A stretch of DNA of 64,000 bases from NCBI GenBank assembly GCA_951406725.2, contig OX597823.1:94116001-94180000 (forward strand). Direction: 5' to 3'. The stretch is from Octopus vulgaris. Taxonomy: Eukaryota. The notes beneath the pieces were generated by a model, which saw nothing but the letters and a program-made list of their open reading frames with translations, had not been told where the DNA came from and did no database searches. Of the stretch, positions 12,451 through 26,150 are shown in pieces (the stretch's first letter is position 1; each line of letters begins with the position of its first letter). A program made the translations under genes and the position numbers.

Positions 12451-12756
12451 TAATCTGCATTTTTGTTGTTTTTACTTGCCCTGTTCGTGTGCGCTAGTAG
12501 TCGTGCTAACTTTCATCGGAAACAATTCTTTGTGGCTGAAACCTAGCGGATCTATTTTTAGTGCTAGAGTCGACCACATAGTGGTTACTCTCTTATGTTT
12601 ATATATAAAATTTATTGAATTCCGGGTTTCTATGCACTAAGCCACTTGGTGTTTAATGGATGTACTCTTAAATTAGTATCCAATTCTCTCACCCTTATTA
12701 GTTGATTGTAATTATACTACATTTAATTTTGGAAGTAGTATCTGTTTCCGTGAATG

Positions 12757-12958
12757 TTAGTTAGTTAGTTAATTTGGCTCAAAAGCAAATAGCAAGGCCA
12801 TGTAGGGGGACATGGAGTTAAGTACAGGGTGGTGTTCATGTAAAGAGTTCAGGCCACTTGAGGTCAAGGGAGGCTTTGAACAAAGCGGTCGTCGGCATCT
12901 TCACCATCTCGTCTGGCAGCTTGTTCCACGGATCCGCAACCCGGACGGAGAAAGCTCA
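12757..12958 (-). mobile_element. CR1/L2-group LINE 3' end with (TAAC)n tail
   Basis: Minus strand AFSVRVADPWNKLPDEMVKMPTTALFKASLD; tail seen as gttagttagttagtta on +. Confidence 0.8.
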
Positions 12959-13068
12959 TCTCCAGGGGCACTTGAATTATGACAGCGAATGCAATCGACT
13001 GAACCGCACGTGTGTTTATCGTTATGGTAAAATCCAGCGAGCGGTTGAGTAAATTGTATTCTGGACGG

Positions 13069-13145
13069 GTTCGGCTGAAGAGCTACAGATATGTTGTGTG
13101 AGTAAAATTACTTAATTCATTAATAGCGAAACAATTGTCCTGAAC
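13069..13145 (+). ncRNA. Intact type-I hammerhead ribozyme
   Basis: gttcgg CTGAAGA gcta...tagc GAA ACAATTGT C ctgaac: 6-bp helix I, canonical core, GUC at 13137-13139. Confidence 0.9.
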
Positions 13146-13292
13146 TAATCTGCATTTTTGTTTTTTTATTTGCCCTGTTCGTTTGCGCTAGTAGACGTGC
13201 TAACTTTCATCGGAAACAATTCTTTGTGGCTGAAACACCTAGCGGATCTATTTTTAGTGCTAGAGTCGACCACATAGTGGTTACTCTCTTAT

Positions 13293-13416
<124 letters not shown>

Positions 13417-14437
13417 CATATATTCGAAATTGTTCACTACATATTTTTGTAGTTGTTATTGAAATTGTCTCTCAGTTATTCACGTCATCTATGACAGTTG
13501 TTCACTCCATAATTTTGTATTTATTTACTGAATAGCTTTATATTCGTTCACTGTACAGTTTCGTATTTTTCACCGATTATTTTCAGATTTGTTCGCCGTA
13601 TATTTGTAAATATTCTCTGCATATTTGATCTCTGCTTAAACTGTTTTAATGTTGCAGATACTAAAACAATTACATCAAACCTCTTTCTCATTTATCATCC
13701 GTTTTGCAGCACACGAACTGTTTAATTTTTAAACAATTCCCCTCTTTGTCTTTCTCATTCTCTTTGTCTCTCTCTTTTTTCTCCCTTTCTCCTACACTAA
13801 ATATGCAATTGCGCATACTTATTGCTTCAATCGTTGACATATTTTTTTCACGAAGGTCACGAGTATGCTCCTGGTGAATATCTCAAATGAGCTTAATCAC
13901 CTGTTACTTTCTTTAATACATACTGTTCAAAAAATAACTTTATCGTCAGCATATAATTTCGTTGATATATCTTCCCACTGCATATTTAATCTCACTTCGC
14001 CATGTTTAATCGCCAAACATTAAAAGATTCTTTCACCTACTGTCATTTATCATGTATAAAGGCATCTGAGAATTGGTTAGCTTTTAAATTTTATTCTTTA
14101 TTTCTCTCCATCTCATGCCAACGCACATATACTTACAGAAAGAGAAATATGTACACACGTATACAACGTACATACACATATATCTGTGCAAGTGTGCGCG
14201 TGTTGCATGTGTTTATATAATATATAGATAACATATAGATAGACATACATAGTGAGAGACCGATATGAAAATATAGCCAGAGAAATATACATAGCTACAC
14301 ACTTATATTCATGCACACATACATTATGTATTCATCTGGTTTTTTTTTCTTTTGTCTTTCCGTCTTTGTCTTTTTCCTGTCGCTCTCTCTGTCGTTCTCT
14401 ATCAAGCAATACATTCTCTGCATATGAGTGTACGTAT

Positions 14438-14524
<87 letters not shown>

Positions 14525-14645
14525 CATATATATGCACACATACATATACCTAGATAGATAGATATATGCATATACGTATATTTAAATATACATATACGTA
14601 GATGCACACACACACACATGTATATATATATATATATATATATAT

Positions 14646-14715
<70 letters not shown>

Positions 14716-14999
14716 CTATATAAAAGAATAAAAGAATGTATATATATATATAGCGTTTCAGTTGTTACCGCCTTGACACCAATGATCTGAAATGATTGTT
14801 AAACACCTTGAGTTAACTCCCTTACCTGTCTATCGCAAAGTACAACCCGCAAATAGCTTCAGTCTTCATTGCATTATGTGTAATTAAATTTTTTCTATTT
14901 TTTGGTTTGTTTTAATTTTTCAAGTATTAAAATAAATGTTTCGCTTAATTCATTCTCATTTATCATATCCTGCTTTGCTACAGTATCTCCTATCACCCC

Positions 15000-15060
<61 letters not shown>

Positions 15061-15834
15061 CTCTATGTGTATTTGTCCCTCTGTGAGTGTGTATGTTTGT
15101 GTATGTTTCTGTTATTTTCTCTATAGTTTCGAGCTAACAGTTCTCTATCCACAATTACACAATCGCAAACCAATTTGCATTTACGATGAGACTATATTTT
15201 TACTGAAGAAGACACATGAGGCTGGAAGGTCTACACTTATCATTCATACATACAAATCAATAACGTAAGCTTTTATTTCTGTTTTGTTCTTTTTTTAACT
15301 TTTCTTTTGCTCACTGTATATTTGACGAAATTTTAGCTTCGTTAATGTTCTGTACACTAAATACTAATCTAGCCTACTTAATGATAATTTTTATTCTATA
15401 TTTTAATCAATTATCAGAGAATTAAGCAAACCGTTTGCCTTGATCGGTGATTTAAAATAAGGTGTTGGACAATCGAGAGCTCTACAAGACACAGCTTTAG
15501 ACGACCATCATCTTAAGACCGTTTATGTGCAGGACCAAAGCTAAAGACTTCCTGTAACTTCATCAACCCCTCCCCATTGCTTCCTTCTCTCTCACCACCG
15601 GACTTATGATGGAGTTGGTGCTGATATTGGCGTTAGTGTTGGTCCTGATGCCTTTGTTCGTTGAACAACCTGCAAAAGGAATATTATTATAACGGGCAGG
15701 GTTTGTGTAGAGCCTGTCCCAGCCTCTTGTATTAGTCAACATATATTATACTCATGCTGAAGATTTCAAAGTCAAACATATATTTATCCCCCTTGATTGA
15801 CGATCAATGTCCCCCACTTTTTTTTTAATGTCCC

Positions 15835-16135
15835 TAGCATTCCCTCAGTTACGATGACGACGTCTCCTACTGATCCAATCAACGGAACAGCCTGTTCGTA
15901 AAATTAACGTGTAAATGGTTGAGCACTACAGAAACACGTGTACCTTCAACGTAGTTCTCAGGGAGATTCAGCGTGATACAGAATTGCTCTTTGAATTAAA
16001 GGTACAACTCATTTTGCCAGATGAGTAGACTTGACCAACGTGAAATAAAGTATATTGCTCGTGGACAGAGGTCTCGAAATCACAACCTTACGATCGTGAG
16101 ACGAATACGCTATCTACTAGGCCAAGTTCCTTCAC
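15835..16135 (-). mobile_element. SINE family C
   Basis: gatccaatcaacggaacagcctg...aacgtagttctcagggagattcagcgtg...gtgaaataaagt; tRNA-like head at right end; homologues at 19085, 31640, 34570. Confidence 0.8.
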
Positions 16136-16182
16136 TGAGGTGTCGAGAACAAGGCGAGAAACCACTTATTATGAGAAACTGT

Positions 16183-16590
16183 AAGGCGGCGAGCTGGCAG
16201 AAACGTTAGCACACCGGGCGAAATTCTTAACGGTAATTCGTCTGCCGCTACGTTCTGAGTTCAAATTCCGCCGAGGTCGACTTTGCTTTCATCCTTTCGG
16301 TGTCGATTAAATAAGTACCAGTTACGCACTGGGGTTGATATAATCGACTTCATCCGTTTGTATGTCCTTGTTTGTCCCTTCTGTGTTTAGCCCTTGTGGG
16401 TAGTAAAGAAATAGAAATAGGTATTTCGCCTGTCACTACATTCTGAGTTCAAATTCTGCCGAGGTCGATATTTCTTTTTATCCTTTCGGGGTCGATAAAA
16501 TAAGAACCAGTAGAACACTGGGATCGGTGTAATCGACTTATCCCCCCCAAAAAAATGCTGCCCTTGTGGCAAAATTTGAAACCATTATAA
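16183..16590 (+). mobile_element. SINE family B with internal tandem duplication
   Basis: aggcggcgagctggcagaaacgttagc...gttctgagttcaaattccgccgaggtcgactttg; core repeated at ~16420-16540. Confidence 0.85.
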
Positions 16591-16611
16591 GGGACTATGA
16601 TGAAAGAGAAA

Positions 16612-16900
16612 TTAAGACGAAAGAAATGGATTTGCTTTAAAGTTGAAAGTGTTCAGGCCATAAGAAAAAGAAAAACAATGAGGTGGAAGAAAGTTCCAAA
16701 GTCTGGAGGTTCGAGGGAAAAGGCTACGGCCATAGAAAGACTTCCATTTGGATGAAGAGGACGTGAACTTCAAGTCAGGCGACGGGTACAGAAGAAAGTT
16801 CATCAGAGCACTTCATGGAATAGTAAGGACAGAAAAGACTAAGGGTGATGGCATTACGTTGATGCAACGAGGGTTGCAAAGTTGAAGCAAAAGAGGGCCT
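16612..16900 (-). mobile_element. L2/Crack-like LINE 3' fragment
   Basis: YGRSLFPRTSRLWNFLPPHCFSFSYGLNTF resembles the SFFPRTxxLWNxLP C-terminal motif. Confidence 0.7.
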
Positions 16901-17829
16901 AATCACATTAGAAACTCGCTTCTCAACCCAGTCGAGAAGATCCAAGTGACAAGAGGGTACACCTGCTCAAAATACATTACAAGCGTCTCACGCTTTACAG
17001 TAACATTGAATTCTGACGATTTCGTGGCACTTGTCATTCACAAGTATGTAAAATATTTTCCATTGTCACTACGAAGTCACTGAACATTAAAAATGAATAA
17101 GAAAAGCGTTTCGCGTTACGGATTTTACGTTAACAAGATTCTCAAGAACCCAACGTTTCCATATCGCGAAGGAAACTTGTTCGTTTCACCAAGGAATTTT
17201 AGTCTTTTATTCATTCTGTCACCTAATATTTGATTTCATGATTTGGGGCTGCCTTTTTTGCATTATCCGCATTGTTGCAAGCATTTTGGGCCACGTCTTA
17301 AATATGAGAAGAGCCTACTCTTTCCCTAAAGCTAGTGTTGAAAACACCGAAAGAGCCACATGCAAAACATTCGCGCTTTAACATTTTTTTCTGCTTATAT
17401 ATATTTGTTCCTGATTTAATCAATGAGACATTTTTGAGAGAAGGAGAGAAGTGGACAATATCGACTCCAGTACTTGAATAGTACTTTATATGTTATCGGC
17501 TCTAAAACGATGAAAGACATAGTTGACCTTGGACAGGGGGTGGATCCGGGCTGTTGACCAAAAGTTTCGAAAAATACTATATAATGTGAGAATCACAATT
17601 CGTAACAAATGAACGCATTGTGTTTTCTAACTTTGTTGTAGCAGATCCTATGAATATGAAACAGTAATGCTGTGAAACTGCTGTAAATAAACCTTGGTGT
17701 CGGCTCGGATGGGCAAGTAAGGCAACACCGCTGCATCCGGCAGGGAGTTTGAAATTTCAATGTAAAGAGTCAGAAGAAATACTGTACGGTATTTTCCAAC
17801 GCTTAAACGATTCTGCCACCACCAATAAT

Positions 17830-18240
17830 AACAATGCTTTCTACTCTAAGCACAAGGCCTGGGATTTTAGGGCATGAGGGCTGGTCGATTACAGCGATCC
17901 CAGTACTCAACTGGTACTTATTTTATCGATCCCAAGAGAACGAAATGCAAAGTCGACCTCGACAGAATTTGAAATCAGAACCTAAAGACGGACAAAATGT
18001 CTTGATGGAGAACTCTTTCAAAATTTGACACACAAATGCAGCAGTTTTAAGAGGGCGGTAGGTATAAATCGATGCATCCAACCCCAAGACTTGACTAATA
18101 CTTTATTTTATCCCCCCAGAATGATGAAAGGGGAAACTAACTGCCGCAAGTTTTGAACGCAAAACGTACAGAACCGGAACGAAAGCTGCTACAAACCATT
18201 TATTTGTTTCCGATGCTCTATCGAACCGGATTGCCAATCG
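17830..18240 (-). mobile_element. Two degenerate SINE B copies
   Basis: gcacaaggcctg...gtcgattaca...ggtacttattttatcgatccc...aaagtcgacctcg..gaatttgaa pattern twice. Confidence 0.65.
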
Positions 18241-18554
18241 TTTTCTACTTAATTCTAATAACGCCAACTTTCTGATAGATTTGTCTGATCGAACAACTAA
18301 ACAAATTGATGGTTTATCTCTTTCTAAAAATATAAATTGTATTCAATTATATCGATTTGTATTGAATTGCATTGATTTGTTATCGATTTTTATTGAATTC
18401 TATTGAATTATAAATAAACTGTAACAATACAGAGTCAATGTTTACAGAGAATGGCATTACGGTACATCATCGTATTGGAAGCAATTGCTTCAGACTCTTG
18501 CAGACTCTTCTCTCATTGACTCTCATATTAAGTGAAACTACTTCGGTTTGGCTG

Positions 18555-19083
18555 TCGTTGGTGACGATGCTTGTGATGGAGTTACTGTAACTAACGGTGA
18601 CGTTGTTGGTGGTAATGATTTTGTTGCCGGTTGATGGTGATGCCGATAGGGCTGGTGCTGTTGATGAAGGGGGGGATAGTGTTACTGGTGGTGCTGCTGT
18701 TGTTGAGGGTGGAGCTGTTCGTAGTGGTGATGGTGCTGATGCTGGTGCTGGTACTGTTAGTGCTGCTGCTGCTGCTTTTGGTGGTGGTGGTGGTGGTGGT
18801 GGTGGTTTTGGCGGTGGTGGTAGTGGTAGTGGTGGTTCTGCTGATATTGATGGTGGTGCATGTGGTGCTGATGCTGGTACTGTTAGTGGTGCTGCTGCTT
18901 TTGGTGGTGGTGGTGGTGGTTTTGGTGGTGGTGGTAGTGGTACTTGTGGTGCTGCTGATATTGATGGGTGGTGCTTGTGGTGCTGGTCGTAGTGGTGGTG
19001 GTGGTGCTGGTGCTACTTTTGGTGGTGGTGGTGGTGCTGGTGCTGGTGCTACTTTTGGTGGTGGTGGTGGTAGTGTTGGTCGT
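18555..19083 (+). repeat. Degenerate (GGT/GCT)n trinucleotide low-complexity tract with internal duplications
   Basis: Repeated gctgatgctggtactgttagt..gctgctgcttttggtggtggt and ctgctgatattgatgg blocks. Confidence 0.8.
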
Positions 19084-19084
19084 G

Positions 19085-19350
19085 GCTTGCTCGTGAAATT
19101 AATGAGAAAGTAACTGAGCACTCCACAGACTCGCGTATCCCTTAACGTAGTTTTCAAGGCGACTCAGCATGACTCAGAATGTGAAAAGGCAGGCCCCTTA
19201 GAATTACAGGTATAAACTCATTTTCGCCAGCTGAGTCGACTGGAGCAATGTGAAATAAAGTGCGTTGCTCCAGGGCATAATGCCCCGCCCTGAAATTGAA
19301 CTCACGACCTTACGATCATGCGCGTAAAACTGTAACCACTAGGCCACATG
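19085..19350 (-). mobile_element. SINE family C
   Basis: gctcgtgaaattaatg..ctgagcactccacagac...gaactcacgaccttacgatc. Confidence 0.8.
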
Positions 19351-19359
19351 CATATATAT

Positions 19360-19590
19360 TTCTTTACTACCCACAAGGGGCTAAACATAGAGGGGACAAA
19401 CAAGGGCAGAAAAACGGATTAAGTCGATTACATCGACCCCAGCGCGTAACTGGTACTTATTTAATCGACCCCGAAAGGATGAAAGGCAAAGTCGACCTCG
19501 ACAGCATTTGAACTCAGAACGTAACGGCAGAAGAAATACGGCTAAGCATTTCGCCCGGCGTGCTAACGATTCTACCAGCTCACCGCCTTC
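19360..19590 (-). mobile_element. SINE family B
   Basis: tttctttactacccacaaggggctaaac...gaaaggatgaaaggcaaagtcgacctcg...gctcaccgcctt. Confidence 0.85.
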
Positions 19591-20743
19591 CATCGCTGTT
19601 ATATATCCTGCAACGCCGTCATCGCCACGACCCCCAACGCCATCACGGCTGCCAAGTAAACAAGTGCCGCCACCTCCTTCGCCCCCATAATCCCTACGAC
19701 CGTCACACACTTTGATTTCGTCATCGCTAATATCCCCGCCGCCACCTCTATCAATACCGTACCTACATCGCCGCCTTCCCCAGTATCGCCTTCACTTAAT
19801 CGTCACTCGCACCACTGCCACAGCCGAAGCCATCATCCAATTAAAGTCTATCACCATCACTTCTGCCATATCTGCCAATTCTGGCCAAACCATTCCTGCA
19901 ACAGGGAGGTTCTAGTTGCAATAAGCAGAGAATGGATTCTGCCTGGATTTTATGCAATAAAATGCACCCCGCTTCTCTCTCTCTCTCTCTCACATACATA
20001 CGCACACTCAGACTCTTTCGCGCTCCTTTCCTCACACTATCTCACTCTCCTCTCGTTAATCTCTCAATCTCTCTCTCTCTCTCTTCACACACACATACAT
20101 GTATGCATATGTGTGTATGTGTGTGCGTGTGTGTGTGTGTATACAAATATATATACAAATACGCGCACAAATATATATAGACATATATATATATATATGT
20201 ATGTAAGTATGTATATATATATATATATATACAATATGTATATATATGATAAATGTGTATATAGATATATATATATATGTATAAATATATATATATATAC
20301 ATACATACATACATGCATATATATATATATATACACCGCACAAACATTTCCATATACATCTGTGTATCAACCTATATAAATAGTTTGTATGAGTGTGTAT
20401 GTGTTTGTGTGTGTGTATCTGTGAATTTATATAGCTGTCTCTGTAGCTATCACACTAGTAAAAGAACCTTCTCTCTTCCCCCACCCCCTCCGCATGAAAA
20501 TTGTGCATTATTTTTATTGAGACTGATGTGAGCGTATCTGCCTCCCATGGACTCAGTTTTTTGATGGGATTTCCAATATATGGCACATATTGTCATTGAG
20601 ATTCTGAAGAATTAAACCATTTCTTTTGAATGTCTTAAAAACTCTAGAAATAAAATACCATCTTGACGAAAATAATAATAATGATAATAATAATAATAAT
20701 AACAACAACAACAATAATAATAACAACAACAACAGCGATGATA

Positions 20744-20790
<47 letters not shown>

Positions 20791-21576
20791 AGAGCAAGCG
20801 AAAAAATGAAGTAAGGTAATAAAAATATCGAAATAAGCGAGAAATGGTGCCAGGAGACATCTACCTGAAATAGTTTATTCTTTGATTGAAGAAATCATGG
20901 TTTTCAATCGAAGAAAATATCGAAGACGGAAAACAAAATAAAGAGAAGAAAAAAAAACGGATGCTGGAAAAGAAAAACATTTTAAAACAAGAAATATAAT
21001 GTCGGAGAAAATAGAAAAAGAAAAAAATCATTTCAGGTAAGATATATTAAAATTTTATCAAAAGTTTGGTTCTAATACACGCGCACATATATATATATAT
21101 AAAGACTCACAGACACACATATACATCCGTACATGCTTACATATATACAAGTATGTGTTGTGTATGTGTGCATGTGTATATCAGCTATGGGTATGGTAAT
21201 ACAAACAGGATGGCTAGGATTCGAAATATGAGTATGTGTATTTTTTATGATTATATTTCGGGACGGTCATTTTTTTTTGTTTTGCCAAATAAACACACGC
21301 ACTATGTATTCATTCTTTACTCGTTTATTACTGTGCTTACTCTAACTTGTGTCCACACACCTGTGACCTCCACAGCGATATGCTTTTGCTCTGCTTATTT
21401 CCATTTAATCAGTAAAATTTACCTACTGACTCAAGTCGTATTTTTCGTTAACACACGCACACACACATGCACACATACACACATACAAACACACACACAC
21501 CTAGATTCAGACACACACGCACATTTACACACATATATAAAATTAATCTGTAAATGAAACGAATACAAGAAGTTCA

Positions 21577-21668
21577 GTACTACAGCTGTTTCAAAAGGGA
21601 AACTGGGAGCACGTTATGTAACATTACTTACGTTTCATTACTATCCAATATTGTTTCTTATCAGGCGG
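21577..21668 (-). ncRNA. Degenerate hammerhead motif, unit 1
   Basis: Reverse complement ccgc CTGATAA gaaac...cctttt GAA ACAGCTGT A gtac; G8>A; weak helix I. Confidence 0.55.
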
Positions 21669-21923
21669 ACGAGGCCATTCTGTTGGATATTATTGGTTAC
21701 AATGAATTATACAAAAAAAAAAAATAATAGCTAGATATACATTTTGAGAATCCAAAAAGCGAATGGAAAGTGGAATTGATTGAAAGCCAATTGCGTGCCC
21801 TACTCACTGATTACCTGAACGTACATACACATACAAACACACAAATCCACATTCAGACACTCACGCACATCTACACACATATATAAAGTTAATCTGTAAA
21901 TTGAACAAAATAAAAGAAGCCCA

Positions 21924-22016
21924 GTACTACAGCTGTTTCAAAAGGGAAACTGGGAGCACGTTATGTAACATTACTTATGTTTCATTACTATCCAATGTCC
22001 TTTCTCATCGGGCGGA
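21924..22016 (-). ncRNA. Degenerate hammerhead motif, unit 2
   Basis: Reverse complement ccgc CCGATGA gaaagg...cctttt GAA ACAGCTGT A gtac; U4>C; combining the two units restores CTGATGA. Confidence 0.55.
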
Positions 22017-22712
22017 CGAGGCCATTCTGTTGGATATTATTTGTTGCAATGAATTATACCAAAAACAATGACTAGATATACATTTTGAGAGTCCAAAAAG
22101 CGAACGAAAAGTGGAATTGATTAAAGGTCAATTGCGTACCCTACTCACATATTACGAGATAGAGGGAGATGTGGTTTGAAGATCATTTTGTTGTCTGCAT
22201 AATCAAGTTTAAAGTGTGGCCATAGAAGATTCTGATTTAATTAATGTTTTTCGTATGTTGTCGAATTATTCATCAGGCGTCAGTTTGGGGAAGCCAGAGC
22301 ACAAAAATGGGATGGTTATTGCTTAGGAAAAATAATGAAATAAAAGGTATAAGGGGGAAGCAGACAAGAGGAAAGGAAGGGACAAAACAAAAAAATTGAA
22401 GGGTTAGCTAATAAGGTGATGCTTGGAAGTTATGTTTATGCACATAAACGTATGTATCCATGTACACACATGAAAAAAGAAAATAAAAAGAGTCAAGCAG
22501 GCACGATATAACCATGTATACATAAAACCGTATATATATGCGTCGCGGCTGTGTGACAAGTAGCTTACTTACCAACCACATGGTTCCGGATTCATTCCCA
22601 CTGCGTGGCACCTTGGGCAAATGTCTTCCACTATAGCCTCGGGCCGACCAAAGCCTTGTGAGTGGATTTGATAAACGGAAACTGAAAGAAGCCCGTCGTA
22701 TATATGTATATA

Positions 22713-23135
<423 letters not shown>

Positions 23136-23474
23136 TATATATATATATATATATATGTTTGTGTGTCTGTGTTTGTCCCCCCAACATCGCTTGACAACCG
23201 ATGCTGGTATATGTACGTCCCCGTAACTTTTGCGGTTCGAAAAAAGAGACCGATGGATTCAGTACTAGACTTACAAAGAATAAGTCCTGGGGTCGATTTG
23301 CTCGACTAAAGATGGTGCTCCACCATGGCAACAGTCAAATGACTGAAACAAGTAAAAGAGTAAAAGAGTATATGCAAGCTTGTTCACACACACAGACAAA
23401 CAAACACGTATACATATATGTTATCTATTACACAACTTTCTGAAATGTACGTATTAATGCATTTAGAATATTAA

Positions 23475-23690
23475 TTTCGAATTTCGGTACAAGGCCAGCA
23501 ATTTAGGGGGTAGGGGGAGTAAGTCGATAAAATCGATCACAGTGCAGAACTTGTATTTATTTTTGCGATTCCAGAAAGACGAATGGTAAAATCGACCTCG
23601 GCAGAATTTGAACTCAGGACGTAAAGACGAACGAAATGCCGCTGTATGTTTTTAACAGATTTGCTTTAGAATTCTTCCACCTCGCCGCCA
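23475..23690 (-). mobile_element. SINE family B
   Basis: ggtacaaggccagcaattt...gtcgat...aatcgacctcggcagaatttgaactcag...cgccgcc. Confidence 0.75.
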
Positions 23691-24179
23691 TAAATGCTTT
23701 CAGAATATTACTATGATACTTGGTTTAACGTTGTGTGTGTGTGTGTGTGTGTGTGTGTGGCTTTAAATATCTGTTGTTATGAACGCCGATAACATGAACA
23801 CAAATATAAGGTAAAGAAAATTTCCTGGTCCACAGTTCTCTTAGTTCAAACGTCTTTTTTTATTACGTCAAATCGGTTGCTTCGCCTCGTAAGCAAGCAC
23901 TTCCGTAGCTCACCAAAAACTACGCCCTGTCATAAACACAAACGTTATAACGTTCTGCAGGAACTGCACTGGAATCTTTCGCTGTGTATCAATATCAAAG
24001 CTCAACACAAATGCAAACACAAACAAACCTAACAAATTTGTCTTTCTTCTCCACCCTCTCTCCCTCTCCTCTTTCTGGCTTTCTCTTCCTTTCGCTCTAT
24101 CTCTCTCTCACTCTTTCTTCCTCTCTCTATGTATCTTTCTCTCAATCTATCTCTTTTTCTCTCTAAAATTATACAGAAT

Positions 24180-24348
24180 AGGCGCAAGCGTGGCTGTGTG
24201 ATAAGAAGCTGGATTCTTTCCAAATGGTTCCGGGTTCTCATCCCACTGCGTGGTACCTTGGGCAAGTTTCTTCTGCTATAGCTTCCGGCCGTCCAAAACC
24301 TTATGAGTGGATTTGGTAGACGGAAACTGAAAGAAACCCGTCGTATAC

Positions 24349-24394
<46 letters not shown>

Positions 24395-24620
24395 GTATTT
24401 GTGCCTGTGTTTGTCCCACCATCATCGCTTGATAACTGTTATTGGTGTGTTCACGTTCCCGAAAATTAGCGGTTCGGCAAAAAAGGACCGATAGAATAGA
24501 ATAAGTACTAGGCTTACAAAGAATAAGTCTTGGGGTCGATTTCTTCGACTAAAGGTAATGCTACAGCATGGCCACTGTCAAATGACTGAAGCAACTAAAA
24601 CAAGTAAAAGAATGAAAGAA
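24180..24620 (+). mobile_element. SINE family A (tRNA-derived, CORE-like segment, internal microsatellite), full length
   Basis: ggcgcaagcgtggctgtgtg..ggttccgggttctcatccc..ccttgggcaagt..gacggaaactgaaagaa (GT)n ...gactgaa..caagtaaaagaat. Confidence 0.85.
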
Positions 24621-24789
24621 TAATTCGTTTCTTTCTCTTGAGAACAGAACTGAAATCAAGGCAAGATGTATGTGTGTCCTGCTGTATTGATCGAAACGAC
24701 GGTTGGCCAGTGATTGTTAAAAGGTTTCAAATTTGAAGCTGAGAAGCAATAAGTGCGCTTCTGTATCTCTTATTTTTTATTTATTGCTT

Positions 24790-24999
24790 TTTTTTTGTTT
24801 CAGTCATTAGACTGCAGCCATGCTGGAGCACCGCCTTCAAGAATTTATAGTCGAATAAATCGACTCCAGTACTTATTTTATCGGTCTAATTTGCCTAACT
24901 GTTACGTTATGAGGACGTAAAGACACCAACACCGGTTGTCAAGCGGGGGACATAAAAAGACAGAGATGTACACACTCATTCACACACATATATATATAA

Positions 25000-25076
<77 letters not shown>

Positions 25077-25240
25077 CATACATAAGATGAGCTTCATTCA
25101 GTTTCCGTCTACGAATTCCCCTCACAAGGATTTGGTCGGTGCGGGGCTATAGTAGAAGACACTTGCCCAAGGTGCAACGCAGTGAGACTGAACCCGGAAT
25201 CATGTGGTTGGGAAGCAAGCTTCTTACCACATACCCACAG
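24790..25240 (-). mobile_element. SINE family A
   Basis: Reverse complement of the family A sequence; convergent with 24180-24620. Confidence 0.85.
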
Positions 25241-25459
25241 CTGAGAGGTTTCAAATAAATTTCAAACGAAAGAATGGATGATTTTTCTCCGCTCTTCTCA
25301 TTTATTGTGTTATTTTCATCATGTCGACCACAACTTATAGGAAACCTGGAAAATGTTTTCAGTTTTGCATTTTAAATTAAAATTGTTAGAATCTTAGTCA
25401 TGGGTGTCTTAGGTGTTGATGGATTATTTCCGGAATATGTTTGGCAATATTTTCAGAAT

Positions 25460-25850
25460 AAGGCGTCGAGTTAGCAGAATCGTTAGCGACCTGGACGAAA
25501 TGCTTAGCGGTATTTCGTCTGCCGCTACGTTCTGAGTTCAAATTACGCCGAGGTCGACTTTGCCTTTCATCCTTTCGGGGTCGATTAAAATAATAAGTAC
25601 CAGTTACACACTGGGGTCGATATAATCGACTTAATCCGTTTGTCTGTCCTTGTTTGTTCCCTCTGTGTTTAGCCCCTTGTGGGTAGTAAAGAAATAGGTA
25701 TTTCGCCCGTCACTACGTTCTGAGTTCAAATGCTGCCGAGGTCGACTTTGCCTTTCATCCTTTCGGAATCAATAAATTAAGTACCAATGAAACAATGCTG
25801 TCGATATAATCGACGGATCCTCACCCCACAAACTTTTGTAGAAAGGACTA
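25460..25850 (+). mobile_element. SINE family B with tandem core
   Basis: aggcgtcgagttagcagaatcgttagc...; core repeated at ~25700-25810. Confidence 0.85.
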
Positions 25851-26009
25851 TTTTCAGAAAAGAATGATGCAATGGAATGTTTAGATGTGCATTGAGATGT
25901 TTTTCTATTAGGGTGTAACACAGAATATTTCGGGGTAAATACAAACCGAATTCCTTTATAAACGTTCTCAGTTTCATTGAATTAAGTAAAGTATATAATC
26001 AATATGCGA

Positions 26010-26150
26010 GAAGGCCCGCGGCCTAGTGGTTAGGCGCGACACACTCTCGATCGTGAGACCGTCGTTTCAATTCACAGGCTGGCTGTGCGTTTTGCTCTTG
26101 AGCAAAACACTTCATTTCACATCGCTCTAGTCCATTCAACTGTAAATGGA
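26010..26150 (+). mobile_element. SINE family C-type head
   Basis: aaggcccgcggcctagtggttagg...cttgagcaaaacacttcatttcacatcgctctagtcca. Confidence 0.7.

Larger units (their letters stand above)
21478..22148 (-). mobile_element. Tandem ~346-bp HHR-bearing repeat (retrozyme/pLTR-like)
   Basis: attcagacac at 21505 and 21851; each unit carries an HHR motif on the - strand. Confidence 0.8.

Noticed and set aside
18591-19157. Gly/Ala-rich, Val/Leu-rich and Thr/Pro-rich ORFs resembling structural or mucin proteins
   Set aside because: Open in several frames on both strands because of (GGT/GCT)n; runs into a SINE; no evidence of an exon
20626-20820. Acidic poly-N/poly-D ORF followed by a GT donor-like site
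   Set aside because: Compound (AAT/AAC/GAT)n microsatellite with an in-frame stop; no acceptor or neighbouring exon
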